Below are positions 38,131-50,800 of a DNA stretch of 64,000 bases, in pieces. Positions within the stretch are counted from its first letter, which is position 1; each line of letters begins with the position of its first letter. The stretch covers positions 83,514,001 through 83,578,000 of the forward strand of contig NC_042997.1 in NCBI RefSeq assembly GCF_006345805.1, read 5' to 3'. Source of the DNA: Octopus sinensis (lineage: Eukaryota). The notes beneath the pieces are model-generated. The model was not told the origin of the DNA. It saw nothing but the letters and a program-made list of their open reading frames with translations, and did no database searches. Both the position numbers and the translations under genes were made by a program.

Positions 38131-38575
38131 GTCAAAATTCTATTTATATGCATAATTTTGTGTTAGACATGAACTAAATGCTTTCATTTCTAATGCAAAG
38201 TTTCATTTTCTTATCCATTATGTTTTAGTCATGTAAAATAAAGACAAATCAATTTTGATGATTATCATCGTAAACACCTCAGCATAGATGTGAAAAAAAG
38301 CTAAGTGAAAAGTAATGTGAACAGAATCACAAAGACAAAATCAGGAGGCTTATAAAGCCACACTTTTAAGCCATTTGACTAATTAGTTTTTTACTTGTTT
38401 CACTCATTGGACTGTGGCCATGCTTGAACCATTGTAGGATGAGTCAAACAAACTGACTCCAGTACTTTTCAAAATCTGGTACTTATTCTAGTGATCCCTT
38501 TGTTAAAGTGCAAAGTAATGGGGGATGTGAACAAACCAACACCAGCTATCAGGTAGTGGGGGAACAAACACAGAA

Positions 38576-38638
<63 letters not shown>

Positions 38639-39309
38639 AACACAATTTGGTGGCCTTCTCACAGTTTCCATCTAGCAAATTCACTGACAAGGAATTGCCT
38701 GGCCCAGGTCTAGAGTAGAAGACACTTGCCTAAAGTGCTATACAATAGGACTGAACCTGAAACCATGAGGCTGAGAAGTGAACTTCTTAACTACACATCC
38801 ATGTCGGTATCTTATAGGCAAAAATTTACTTCTAACAAGCTCTAGTTTACAGATGTAAAGTCCTCAACTCCTCTAAAACAGCTAGCTTCATATGCCATCC
38901 ATCCATTCCCATGCACATCACCTCCCTGATCTTGCTCTAAACACTTTTTCCAATCCTTCTTCCTTAGAATTAGAACCCTCTAGACTTCTTTCACCAGATT
39001 CACTTTTCCTGCAGACATTGATCTGAAGATAGTCAAATTAGGTATTAACTGTATTTATCTTGCTAGTGTTGAGTGAGGGCCTGTGGAAGTCATGGAAAGT
39101 CCTTTCTCTCCTTTGATTCTTTCACTGAAAAGAAAACTCAATCTAAAATCATCTTTGAACTTATGGCCTGAATCTGTAGTCTAGCAGCCTTGTCTTTTGT
39201 CAGTGGGAGTCAGGTAGAGAGAAGAAGAAAAGAAGTTCATGACGAATATATTTCTATCCTGAAGAAATTTATTGATCAAAAATAAATAATAAACATATAT
39301 TTTACTTAC

Positions 39310-39351
39310 CTAATTACAGACGCTACAGAAGTTGAAAGCCCTCCTTTAGAT
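39310..39351 (-). CDS. TMEM135: TMEM135 internal exon, 42 nt, phase 2-2: (R)SKGGLSTSVASVI(R)
   Basis: Acceptor tattctcAG, donor GTaagt. Peptide aligns with vertebrate TMEM135 RCKDGLKGFTFSALRFIVG (recalled sequence). Phase joins the next exon (AG|A = Arg). Confidence 0.85.
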
Positions 39352-39780
39352 CTGAGAATAGAGAAATAAAATGATTTTCAGATTTGAAGGAAACAGTGTG
39401 TGTGTGTGTGAGAGAGAGAGAGATAAGGAATGTGTATGTGTTAATTGTGATTTCAACCTTCTAGGAACTCATTGACTTTTACATGGCCAAGAGCATATGC
39501 TCTCATAATGGATTCTGTTCTTCTTTTACAGGTCTTAATCATTGGGCTGTGGACATGTTAGGGAAACACCTTCAAAGGTTTTAATCAAGCCAAGAATATC
39601 TAATACTTAGTATGTTACTCATTTTTTCCTTAAATTTCAAGTCAATTAATGGCTAAGTTCATCAAAGTATGACCTTTTAGAGCAATGGTTCTCAACCAGG
39701 GTTGATATGAAACCTAGAGGCCCACACAAGTAAAATACTTGAGCAAAATATTTTTCATGGACCCTTAAAATACTACATTC

Positions 39781-40140
39781 ATCTTGATAGAGTAAAAGAA
39801 GCGAGAAGGCCTGATTTAGTAGTAGTAGACAAAGAGAACAGAAAGTGCCAGATAATCGACTTTACAGTCCCCAACGACAGGGAAATCAATATGAGAGATA
39901 TAGAGAAAATAGCAAAGTACCAGGACCATTGAGTTAAAAAGCCCATTGAAAGTGTGGGTAAAATGTATCCTGTAGTTATAGGTGCATTAGGAACTATCCT
40001 TAAATATTTGAATAAATGGAGAGAGGAAATAAGCACAAAACCAAGTTTAGTGCAATTCCAGAAAACAGTCTGATGAGACAGCTAAAATACTTAGAAAGGT
40101 TCTTGGCAGCTAAGGTTACTTGTTGTAGCCTGATGTCAAG
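39781..40140 (+). mobile_element. R4/Dong-like restriction-endonuclease domain remnant
   Basis: EARRPDLVVVDKENRKCQIIDFTVPND..EKIAKYQD..PVVIGALGT. Confidence 0.75.
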
Positions 40141-41042
40141 AATTTTTCTTTTCCAACAGTTTAATCTGCTGTGCATGTATAAAATGACAATAATAATAAA
40201 ATATATATTTATGTATGTATATATCATTGTCATGGCTATCTCTCGAGGCTGAGGTTGATATTCATTGTTTTTTTTTTTATATTTTAGTTATTGATGGATA
40301 ACTGAGTCTATAAGAGGAGCTTACTGTGATAGCCACAAGATTCTCTGAATCAATATATTTTAGTGTGTGTGTGTGTATTTCTGATTTCACTTAGTCATAG
40401 CAATACTAATAACCAGTTGCAAGAGCTTTAGAGTAAAATGTTATTAGAATACAGAATATAATATCAGTTAATGAATGACACATGAATATGAGTTATGTAA
40501 ACACCTTTATTAGCTTACAACTGTTTCTGTTATTGGAATCAGTGCACTCAGAGCTGAATGCTTGTGCAACATCCTAAGTAAAGCTTCTTCCAAAGCCTTA
40601 CATTAAAACATATAATCCAGATAAATAAAAAAATCAAAAAAAAAAAAGAAAAAAGAGTGAAAATAAAGCTACGTTGATTGGGTCCTCTGAAACTGAGTAA
40701 GAAATGGGGAGGATTAAAAAAAAGTGAATTCAGAATTCAGAAAAAAATTTAGAAAAGAAGTGAAAAATAAAAGAAAAAGTCATGGTAGCTTTTTTATTTA
40801 CTTTTTTGCAGAATTATAAGAACCAATTTTTAAAGTATAAAATATCCCCCCACCAAAATCTTCTAAACTGAAAAGCGTTTGTTGCACAGCTCTGCAATGA
40901 CACCATTTTCCTTGTTTGTGATACAATGCTACTGACTTCACATATGCCTAATCATTTTGGTTTCATCTCTCTCACACTCGCTTTCTTTTTATATGTATCT
41001 AAGTCTATAACTTTGCCTTCACACACACATACACACACACAT

Positions 41043-41077
<35 letters not shown>

Positions 41078-41949
41078 ACAGTTCTGTGAATATTTTTCAG
41101 CTTTTATAATAAAGCATATTACTCTACCCTTAGTACTCAAATACTATTTTTTTCACAGTGTTTTGCACCTATGTGCTTATCTGTGTATACATACAAATAT
41201 ATATATATACATGTATACATACATTTATTTTAAAATGTATTACATATGTGTGTGTGTATGCATATATGTATATATGTATGTATTGTCTGTCTTGTGACCA
41301 TGTGGCTTTTTTGTTGTATATGTATTTTTTATTTTGTGTTTGCTTTTGTAATTGTTCTGTACACTTGCTTTTGTAATTGTTCTGTACACTCATGAGCTAT
41401 TCCCAAAGGATTTTTGCCACTGGCACCACCATAAGTGAACAATATCAACGTTAAAGGCATGAAATAGTAAAGATCTTCTGGAAGTTGACTGTCTGTTGGG
41501 TTTTTGTTAAATTTTTGAAATATATATGAATGTGTGTGTGTGTGTGTGTGTGTGTCTGTGCATACACACATGTGTGTTACAGACTTTGATACATTTATTG
41601 TACATAACTTACTATCTACCTGAGGTTTGTCACATATATGATCATTGTCCGTCAGGCTGTCCCCCTCTCTCTCTCTAAAAATAGTAATGGAAATTATAAG
41701 AGTGTTATAGATACATATAATAGAGCGAGAGAGAGGGGGGAAAGACAAAGTTTCAAGAGAAACTAGAGGAAGAAAAACAGATTAATATCACACTAAGTTA
41801 AGCACATTGTGACAATGTATCTTTGCTCCTCCCTTACATTTCAATGTTCTATGCTTTTATTTTCTCTCACTGCTATTCATTCAAATTTGTGTTTCTCTTC
41901 TCTCCCACTACAACACTTTTTCAACTTTCTATTATTTGTTTTCTTGACA

Positions 41950-43094
41950 GACAGAAGGACGTGGCTAGAGGTGTAGGTCGTCCCTATCTAGACCTCCCTC
42001 TATGTTAAGGTGTTCTAACTCAAGTTGAGATAATAGGTATATTCCTACTAGATCTGTTATTTGGGCAGAGTCTGGGGCATCTATGGGTATATCAAAACAA
42101 TCCCTAGTGTCTTTCCTAGCCCATAGTTTATTTTTATAACTAATTAGGGATTTTCTCGCTGTTAGCACTATTACTTCATCATATGTCATCTTAACCTTTT
42201 TCATAGCATACATGAGGGCTTTATTAAGAATAATCTCGTTAATAGATGAATAATAATTTTCTATATCCATTTGGATGAACTTGCACTTATTTTTATCTTT
42301 GATATTTTTGAACCAATTTAACATATCTCGGGTACAACTTCAAAGTTTAAGGTTATTTAACGTATTAAGTTTATCTATATATTTATCCAGTATAAGTTTA
42401 CTGAGTCTTCCTATATTGGACTTACATGGGCATATCAGTCTTCCTTGTGGGTTAGAATAAAAATTGATTTCATGGTCCTTAAAGGTTATTCTGGGATGCA
42501 AAGGGACATATGGTTCTGTTCTATTTTCTAAATCACATTTTGTCATGATTTTTTAGATATATTGTTAATATTATTTAATTGAATTTCACTAACTAAATAA
42601 TCCAAATAAACATGATAAGCATAAATATTATATACCCTTGAAGAACACACTGACAACGATGAAAAATAATAATGATAATTACAATAATAGTAATAATAAT
42701 TATAATAACAATAAAAATAAACATAATAAGGAAATTATATGGCTAATTATCCCTTATGGGGCCCAAATTAAAACTAATATTATTAAAGAAATTTTGAACA
42801 TAATCAAAACATCCTTTAAAAAGAACAATACGTACTCAAAAATATTATCCAATAAAACTATCAGAGTGGGCTATTCTACAACAAGGAATGTAATATATCC
42901 TCAATAAACAATTTCAAATTAAACAAATTTTAAAATAATAATATAACTAATATTAACCATAGCTACAGCAGAACTGTCACAAACAATAAACATAACCGTA
43001 ATTTAAATAAATGTACATGTAAAGACAAATCCAAATGTAGGATTAATAATAATTGCAATCTAGATAACATAATTTATAAATGTATAGTAACCTC

Positions 43095-43145
<51 letters not shown>

Positions 43146-44400
43146 TATTAAAAATAAACAATATATTGGATCCACAGTGAAATAAATTAAAAGAAGAATT
43201 TCCCAGCATTATCAGTCTTTCAAACATCTTAAATTAAAAAATTCTACAGGTCTAAGTAAATACATATGGGAGTTAAAATGTAATAAGATAGAATACACCC
43301 TTAATTGGTATATTATTTGTAGATTGAACTCATAAGATAGGTAAGAAAACGTGCTTTCTATGTACAACAGAGTTTATGAAAATACTCCAGCTGAGAGAGT
43401 TATTAATAAACACTAATGAAGAGAGAGGAATAAAATGCCAACATAGGAACAGCTTTAAGTATAATAATATGAAAAATATATAAAATAACCCCCACCCCAG
43501 CATATCATCTCCACACACTTATGAAGTATATAGTTACTAGAAGTTTTAATACTATTTATAGTAGTATTATATACATATATACTTTGAACTAAGTATTTAT
43601 TAAACAATATTACCTTTAAATGAATAATCATACCACATTTATGTAACATAAATCTCAAAATCTACAACACTTCAAAATTCCATTTATCACTAGCTTTATG
43701 ATTATAGCCCCATTCCTAGTTATTATCTCCCCTTAGCTTCAACTTCTCTTATAGTATTATTTTTAGAGTATTTTTCAGGGTATTTTATTTCATTCTTTTA
43801 TGTTATACGCAATTCCCATAATACTTAGCGTCTGACAGTGGGAGCAGCCATTTGCTCTTGAACTTGCAGGATTAAACCTTACATCATAAAGTAATATACC
43901 TTTTTTACTTCTTTTATTCACTAAGTTTCTAACGCAAGTAGTATTTACTAATTAACCTTTATTCTAGACTATTAACTCACATTTAACATAAAATATGTTA
44001 TATTATACTAGTACTAACAAAAGTATATTTTACACTAAATTATTATAAGTAATATAATTTCTATAATATTCATTTAGATATATTATAAGATTTGATATGT
44101 TTCTATTTCAATCATTAAAATTTCCTTTGGTAGAGTATTTTCAATATATATCTTAATTATACTTTAGATATTTAATATTTTAAAATCTATTAATAGTTTA
44201 TATATTTAATATAATTTTTAACTTTTAATTTTTAACTTTTACCCATACATAATAATAATATACATAGCCTGAGGATGCACTGGTGGATTTATGTATTAAA
44301 TATAACCTTAATACACACCCCACTAGTGCAGAAATACGTGTAGCAATTACTTGAACTACCTTCTTTTCCCACAGATTAATAACAGGTAAGATATATTTAT
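41950..44400. mobile_element. Decayed Penelope-like element with internal inversion: RT on minus (41965-42546), endonuclease on plus (about 42640-43460), hammerhead-bearing end
   Basis: Minus: FIQMDIENYYSSI, FDIPIDAPDSAQITDLVGIYLL, GGLDRDD, PRITFKDH..RLICPCKSNIGRLSK. Plus: IIWLIIPY, IIYKCIVTS..KQYIGST..NSTGLSKYIWELK. Confidence 0.85.
44264..44347 (+). ncRNA. Hammerhead motif with canonical CUGAGGA core and long stem II, at the 3' end of a Penelope remnant
   Basis: AUAGC-CUGAGGA-UGCACUGGUGG...CCACUAGUGCA-GAAA-UACGUG-UA-GCAAU. One mismatch each in stem I and the stem III palindrome. Confidence 0.55.
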
Positions 44401-44635
44401 TTAACTAATTTTATTTTATGTTATTTTTATTATTTTATTTTATTTAATTTTCTCTGAGCATACCCTACCATAAGGTTATCCTGAAATAGGAGTTGCTTAT
44501 CTATTGGAAAATATCCCAAATTTGTAGTAATAATAATATTATAAAATATACTTTTCACATTTCATTAGAAAAGTGTAAATTAACAAATTTCCTGATAACC
44601 TGGAATACTTGTTATTCCCTGATATATTATAACTA

Positions 44636-45040
44636 TATATATATACATACATACACATATATATACATATATACATACATACACATATATATACATATAT
44701 ACATACATACACATATATATACATATATATATATATATACATACATACACATATATATATACATACATACATACACATATATATATATACATACATACAT
44801 ACACATATATATACATACATACATACATACACATATATATACATACATACATACATACACATATATATACATACATACATACACATATATATATACATAC
44901 ATACATACACATATATATACATACATACACATATATATACATACATACACATATATATATACATACATACACATATATATACATACATACACATATATAT
45001 ACATACATACACATATATACATACATACATACACACATAT

Positions 45041-45071
<31 letters not shown>

Positions 45072-45130
45072 TATATACATACATACATACACACATATAT
45101 ACATACATACATACACACACACACACATAT

Positions 45131-45164
<34 letters not shown>

Positions 45165-45214
45165 ATATATATATATATATATACATATATGTGCGTGTGT
45201 GTGTGTGTGTGTGT
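44636..45214. repeat. (TACA)n/(TA)n/(CA)n compound microsatellite
   Basis: Direct reading. Confidence 0.95.
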
Positions 45215-47584
45215 AAAATAAAGAAATTGGAGTCAGCAAGAAGGAGTATAGTTGAACAGTTATTTCTTAATCACTACAATTGTTTCCACCCATGTTTGGT
45301 GGAAACAATTGTAGTGGTTAAAAATAACTGTCCAGCCATACTCCTGGCTGACTCCAATTTCTTTAATTTCATATTCACACACGACAAATAGGCAAACATG
45401 GAAGTATATAATAATGCTATCGGATAGAATTGGGTAATTCTGAGGGTAGACAAGCTTTATACTGTATTCTGCCATGTTCCTAACAGAATATACCATAACT
45501 ATACATATATATGTGTGTGTATACAAATATTAGAGGAAATAGAGAAATATAATTGACATACTAAAAATTTATTTACATTATAATATAAAATAATATAATG
45601 TAAAAATTTATTTATTTGTGGTATTCATTAGGTTGTCATTTGGAATACTATGCATAAGAAAAACAAGCAATATTTATTTATAGAAGGTGTCACAAATTTT
45701 ATTTGCTTTTGCATTGTCACAAGTAACAGAAACATTGAAATGAGAGCATTGTATACTGACACCTTAAATTTAAATAATAAAACAACACAAATAAAGAACA
45801 AAAATTTCAACATATTTTAAACAGGAAATGGCAAATCAGTTAATGCCCTAATTATAATCAGGATGAGTTTATGTATAGAAACAAAACCTGCTTATTCAAC
45901 TTATAATTGTAGATTTAATTATAATTTTAAAACTTGTAATGGATCCTTTTGGACATAACAAACTATAACTAACCTAATCATAATTAATGATAATAAAAAA
46001 CCAAAAAATACATAGCTAAGAAGCTATAATCCCTCTTTAATAATCTCTACTCATAATTTCCTTTTCCATCTAATTAATATTTGTTACTCTAATACCCATA
46101 TACCCAAAAATAGAAAAAAGTTATGAAAAACTTAATTATTAATACATATACACACTTTTATAACTAGCGATAGATTTGCTGAAAGGCATGTAAGTTCATT
46201 TACTTATTAACTTGGATATTAGAAAAGAAAATCTAAGAGACTTCTTTTGAGTAAACATTACTCAATCGTCTAAGAATAAGGTTTTCAATTTTCAGATTTT
46301 TTTTATAGTTAAGAATGTTTTCTAAAATTAAAAAGTATAGTGAACTGGCCTGGGCTTTACTTCTCTTATTTATTAGCTTCAAATTTCAGCACATGGCCAA
46401 CAATTTCAGGGAGTGAGTAAGTCAATTCCATCACCCCCAGAGCTCAACTGGTACTTATTTTATCGATTTTGAAAGGATGAAAAGCAAAGTTGACCTTGGT
46501 GGAATCTGAATGTGAAAAGATGAATGAAATGCTGCTAAGCATTTTTCCGGCTTTGGCTCTGTAGTACAAATGTCTTGTTTTCATAAGTTTTGAATTAAAA
46601 TCTTCCACCAAACCTTAGTCATAATTTATGATCCTAACACTAGCTTAATGGTAACTAAGTTATGTTACTAAAAGTCTTTGTTATATTTAAAGTAATTGAA
46701 AGAAACAAAGAGCATCTCAAAATAAATACAGTAATGAAAGGGTAAGGCAACTGGTATGTGTTTTGTTATATTTTTACTTTGACCATGGTACAGCACTATG
46801 TGTAGTTCACCAGATCCTGTCAAACTGTCCAACCCATGCCAGCATGGAAAACAGACATTGATGATGATGATGCAAGCATGACTGTATAGTTAAGAAGTCT
46901 ACTTTGCAACCAGAGGGTTACAGGTTGGATCTCACTGAACAAAACTCAGGACAAATGTCTTTACAATAATCTTAGGGTTGATGAAAAACTTGTGAATGAA
47001 ATTTACTTGATGTATGTATGTATGTGTGAAGGCGCATGGCTCAGTGGTTAGAGCATTGAGCTTACGATTGTGAGGTTGTGAGTTCAATTCCTAGACCAGG
47101 CTGTGCGTTGTGTTCTTGAGCAAGACACTTTATTTCACGTTGCTCCAGTTCACTCAGCTGTAGAAATGAGTTGCAACATCACTGGTGCCAAGCTGTATCG
47201 TCCTTTCCTTTCCCTTGGATAACATCAGTGGCATGGAGAGGGGAGGCTGGTATGCATGGGTGACTGCTGGCCTTCCATAAACAACTTTGCCTGGACTTGT
47301 ACCTCAGAGGGTAACTTTCTAGGTGCAATCCCATGGTCATTCATGACCGAAGGGGGTCTCCCATGTATGTATGCACATGTGTGTGTGTTTTTGCATGTGT
47401 GCGTATGCCTACACACATTTCACAGGGAAAATCATGAGTATTAAATGTAAAGGCTTTGCAGTATTTCTAGTATTTCAGATTTAGTTATATTCCCTTCTCA
47501 GTGATTGACTTTGCTTTTGTTCTCCTCTGAGGTTGATGAAGTTAATGTCACAAAGAACTGAGTTCAATATATTCAACAAAAATT

Positions 47585-47860
47585 TACTTGAAGACAGTGC
47601 TGGAGAATTTCTATGACTTCACCAGCTCCAATTTCTGGCTTCCTAATTCTCCCAATTGCAATCCCATGGTTTATTATGTGTGGGGTATGGTCGAGAAAGA
47701 CATCAACAACTCTGCCTGTAATACCAAGGCTGAGTTGGTGGTTAAAATCAAAGAGGTGTTCAAAGATCTTCCCAGAGACACAATGAAGAACACATATGCC
47801 AAGTTCTGGAGCCATCCTGAGGCTGTGGTGGAAGCTGAGTATGGCTAAATCAAATAACTT
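47585..47860 (+). mobile_element. Tc1/mariner (maT/DD37D-like) transposase C-terminal remnant
   Basis: FWLPNSPNCNPMVYYVWG...KAEL...EAVVEAE resembles the WPPNSPDLNPLDYYVWG motif. Confidence 0.75.
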
Positions 47861-50800
47861 ATAATCTAATTGATATTTTTGATTTTTTTAGATACTTTAA
47901 TTTTTGAATTGGATATTGTGTTTTTACTTCATCTTTGTATCTGGTTTGGAAAATTCTTTATGTGAATTCATGTACTGAAACAAATTTTGTTGTATCTCAG
48001 GAGAGTTATTATGCCAATATTATTAACACATGCACTGGTTCAATTCCACTCCTTTGTTATTAGTCAATTGGTTAAATATCCACCTAACTGATCAATTCTC
48101 AAAAATCATTGTAAAGGTTGCAAGTAGCAATGAAAGAGCTTTTACAAACAAAAACAAAACAAATGACTTACTGTTTAACCAAATTAAACAAACAATTGAT
48201 TAGTTAGTTGGATATTTAACCAATTGACTAATAATAAAGGAGTGGAATTGAACTAGTGTTTGTGTAAACAATATTGGCATAATGACTCTCTCTAGACACA
48301 ACAAAACATTGTATTTTTTTTCCTTTTATGCAAAATGTCAAATTTAGCCAGAACATCCAGTAAGTCTAGTATCTCAGCCAACAGAATAGTCAGAGAAAAA
48401 TACTAACAAAAATGAAATGTAAATTAAATTTAATGGCTCAAATTATAATAATTAAAGCAAAAGAAGATGGATGGCCAGTAAAAAGATAAATGCTGTAGTC
48501 AAGAAGATAAAGATTATGAATATTTGCATTTACTAAAATATTTGCAGAAGGAGACAGCATCTAGAATTTATATAGGGAGACAATTATTTTGTAGTTTAGA
48601 TAAATGAAAAAGATAAATAAGCAAAATGAAAATAGAATGGCACATTGCCTATTTTGCTAATAAATGAGAAGACAGCCGGCCAACCCTCCAAAACCATTAC
48701 TGTACATACTCAAGTTATTTGATTAGCAGCTAACCACTGGATTCTAATTTAATGAGCAAGCCAACATTATTGTATGAAAGATGTTTGTGTAGATAATGTA
48801 TGTTTTACTTTTTTTTTTAAACACAGAGATTAGAGAGAGAGATAAACATGATTATCTTGAAGCAAAAGTATACCCTATAGACTGAAAGGCATCGTGTTAC
48901 CAAGTGAATTAAATTCTGTTTGTTTGCTTTTGTTAATGTGTTTAAGTTGATCGATAGCTAACATGGGGCAACAGTGGCTGATTATGAACTTGTTTCAATT
49001 GAAGTTCAGTAAATACACATAGGACAGCAAATTTCCAGTCCATTTATATATGATAGTTTATGATAAGTGAACAGTGTCATAAATTTGAAGTCAACTCAGA
49101 GAAAAGAGTGCCAATCTATCTAAATGACTAAGACCAGTGACAGATCTAATTACTAAAGTAATCTAGTGTGGTGGTGGTGGTGGTACATATAGTTACAGAT
49201 CTAAACAAGAGACTCCATGGTACCCAGTTCTGTATTTGAAATTTTCTGATTTTAAGCATAGTTAGTTTGGTTGTTAATTTGTTATTCCTTCATACATAAC
49301 TTGCATAATGATAAGCATCAGTAATATATTGGTTTCACAGTTTGGTACAAGGCTAGCAGCTTTTCAGAAGGGGAGTAAGTCGATTGCATCAGCCTCAGTG
49401 CTCAATTAGTACTTATTTTATTGACCCCTGAAAGGATGAAAGGCAAAGTTGACCTTCACAGAATTTGAACTCAGAATGTAACAATGGGTAAAATAACACT
49501 AAGCATTTTGTCTGGTGTACTAATGATTCTGCCAGCTTGCCACCTTAAAGCATCAGTAATACATTGGTAAAGGAAAACACCCTCTTGATTGGAAAAAGGG
49601 AAGCACATGTCAGAAAATGTAGCCTTATACTTTCCCAGAAAGAAAAGAAAAAGATGAGAGGATCACAATCTATTTGATTAGGGTTGACCAGGGTCTAAAA
49701 AAACAACAATTTCTATAAACTTAACTCTTTAGAGAAATAGATGTTCAAACAGATAGTATGAAGATTAAAATTACTAAAACTGAGTAAATTTAAACACTTT
49801 AAGCAAACTAATATGAAAGACAAGAAACATAACTCTTGGCACATTGATTTAAATCCTACTACATACACACCATTGTGTTCTTAACCTGTTTTTGTTTTAA
49901 TCATATTTCTGTTGAAATACATTGCCTTTGTTGCAATAAATTTTGAAAATATAAAGAATTTTGTAAAATAATTTTGTCATTATTAAAGATAATGTTTGGA
50001 ATATGAATTAACATGAAATTAACACAAAACATTTTAATTTGGATCGTTTTCAAAACAAAAAAGCTTGTATCACAGAACAAGGGCTTATCTCAGGGAGGTT
50101 GGTATCAAAAGGGTTAAAAGACTTTCACATAATTTTGTACTATAGGCAAGTACAGTTGCCTATAGTATGAAATTATAGGCAACTCTTTCCTTATTTGCAA
50201 GAGGCTGAAGCTGTGGAACGATAAGTAGTGGTCAGAATATGCATGACAAAGTTCCAATTTCCAGCTGGCACAAATTTTACTAAATTCACTGACATTTTGT
50301 CAAGGCCAGTTATCTGATTTTTGTCATGGCCAGTTATATCAATTTATCAAAGTTAGTTATCTCACTCAGTGAAGATTGCTATCCCTATTTTTAAGATCAG
50401 TCATACCATTATTAGGAGGTCAGGTATGCCATTTTGTGAAAGGGTAAGTTTTCTATTTTCGAAAGGACAACAATCTCACTTTGGGAAGGCTAGTTATCCC
50501 ATTTTGTGAGTGATACTAATCACATTTTGTATAGATCACTAATCACATTTTGTTGAATTTTGAGAAGACAAGTAATCCATTTTGCACAGGTCTGCAATTC
50601 TATTTTATGAAGGTTCATTCTCTTGTTCTGAAATGACTAATTATCAAATTTTGTTATGGTTTTACCAATTTGTCAAGACAGTTTGCAGTGTTGAGTAAAT
50701 GAGTTTCTTTGGTCATTCTGAGAAGTGGTAGGTTGTGTTACTGTGTAAATTTTGGAACTTAATTAAGTGACAGTCAAGTGCTTTTTTTTTTATTATCTAT

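Noticed and set aside
47029-47110. tRNA-like heads (A and B boxes) as tRNA genes
   Set aside because: They continue into SINE bodies present in many copies, and I see no intact cloverleaf.
48310-49320. Repeat-poor stretch as a possible conserved non-coding element or miRNA locus
   Set aside because: Only short chance-level hairpins are visible, and conservation cannot be judged from one sequence.
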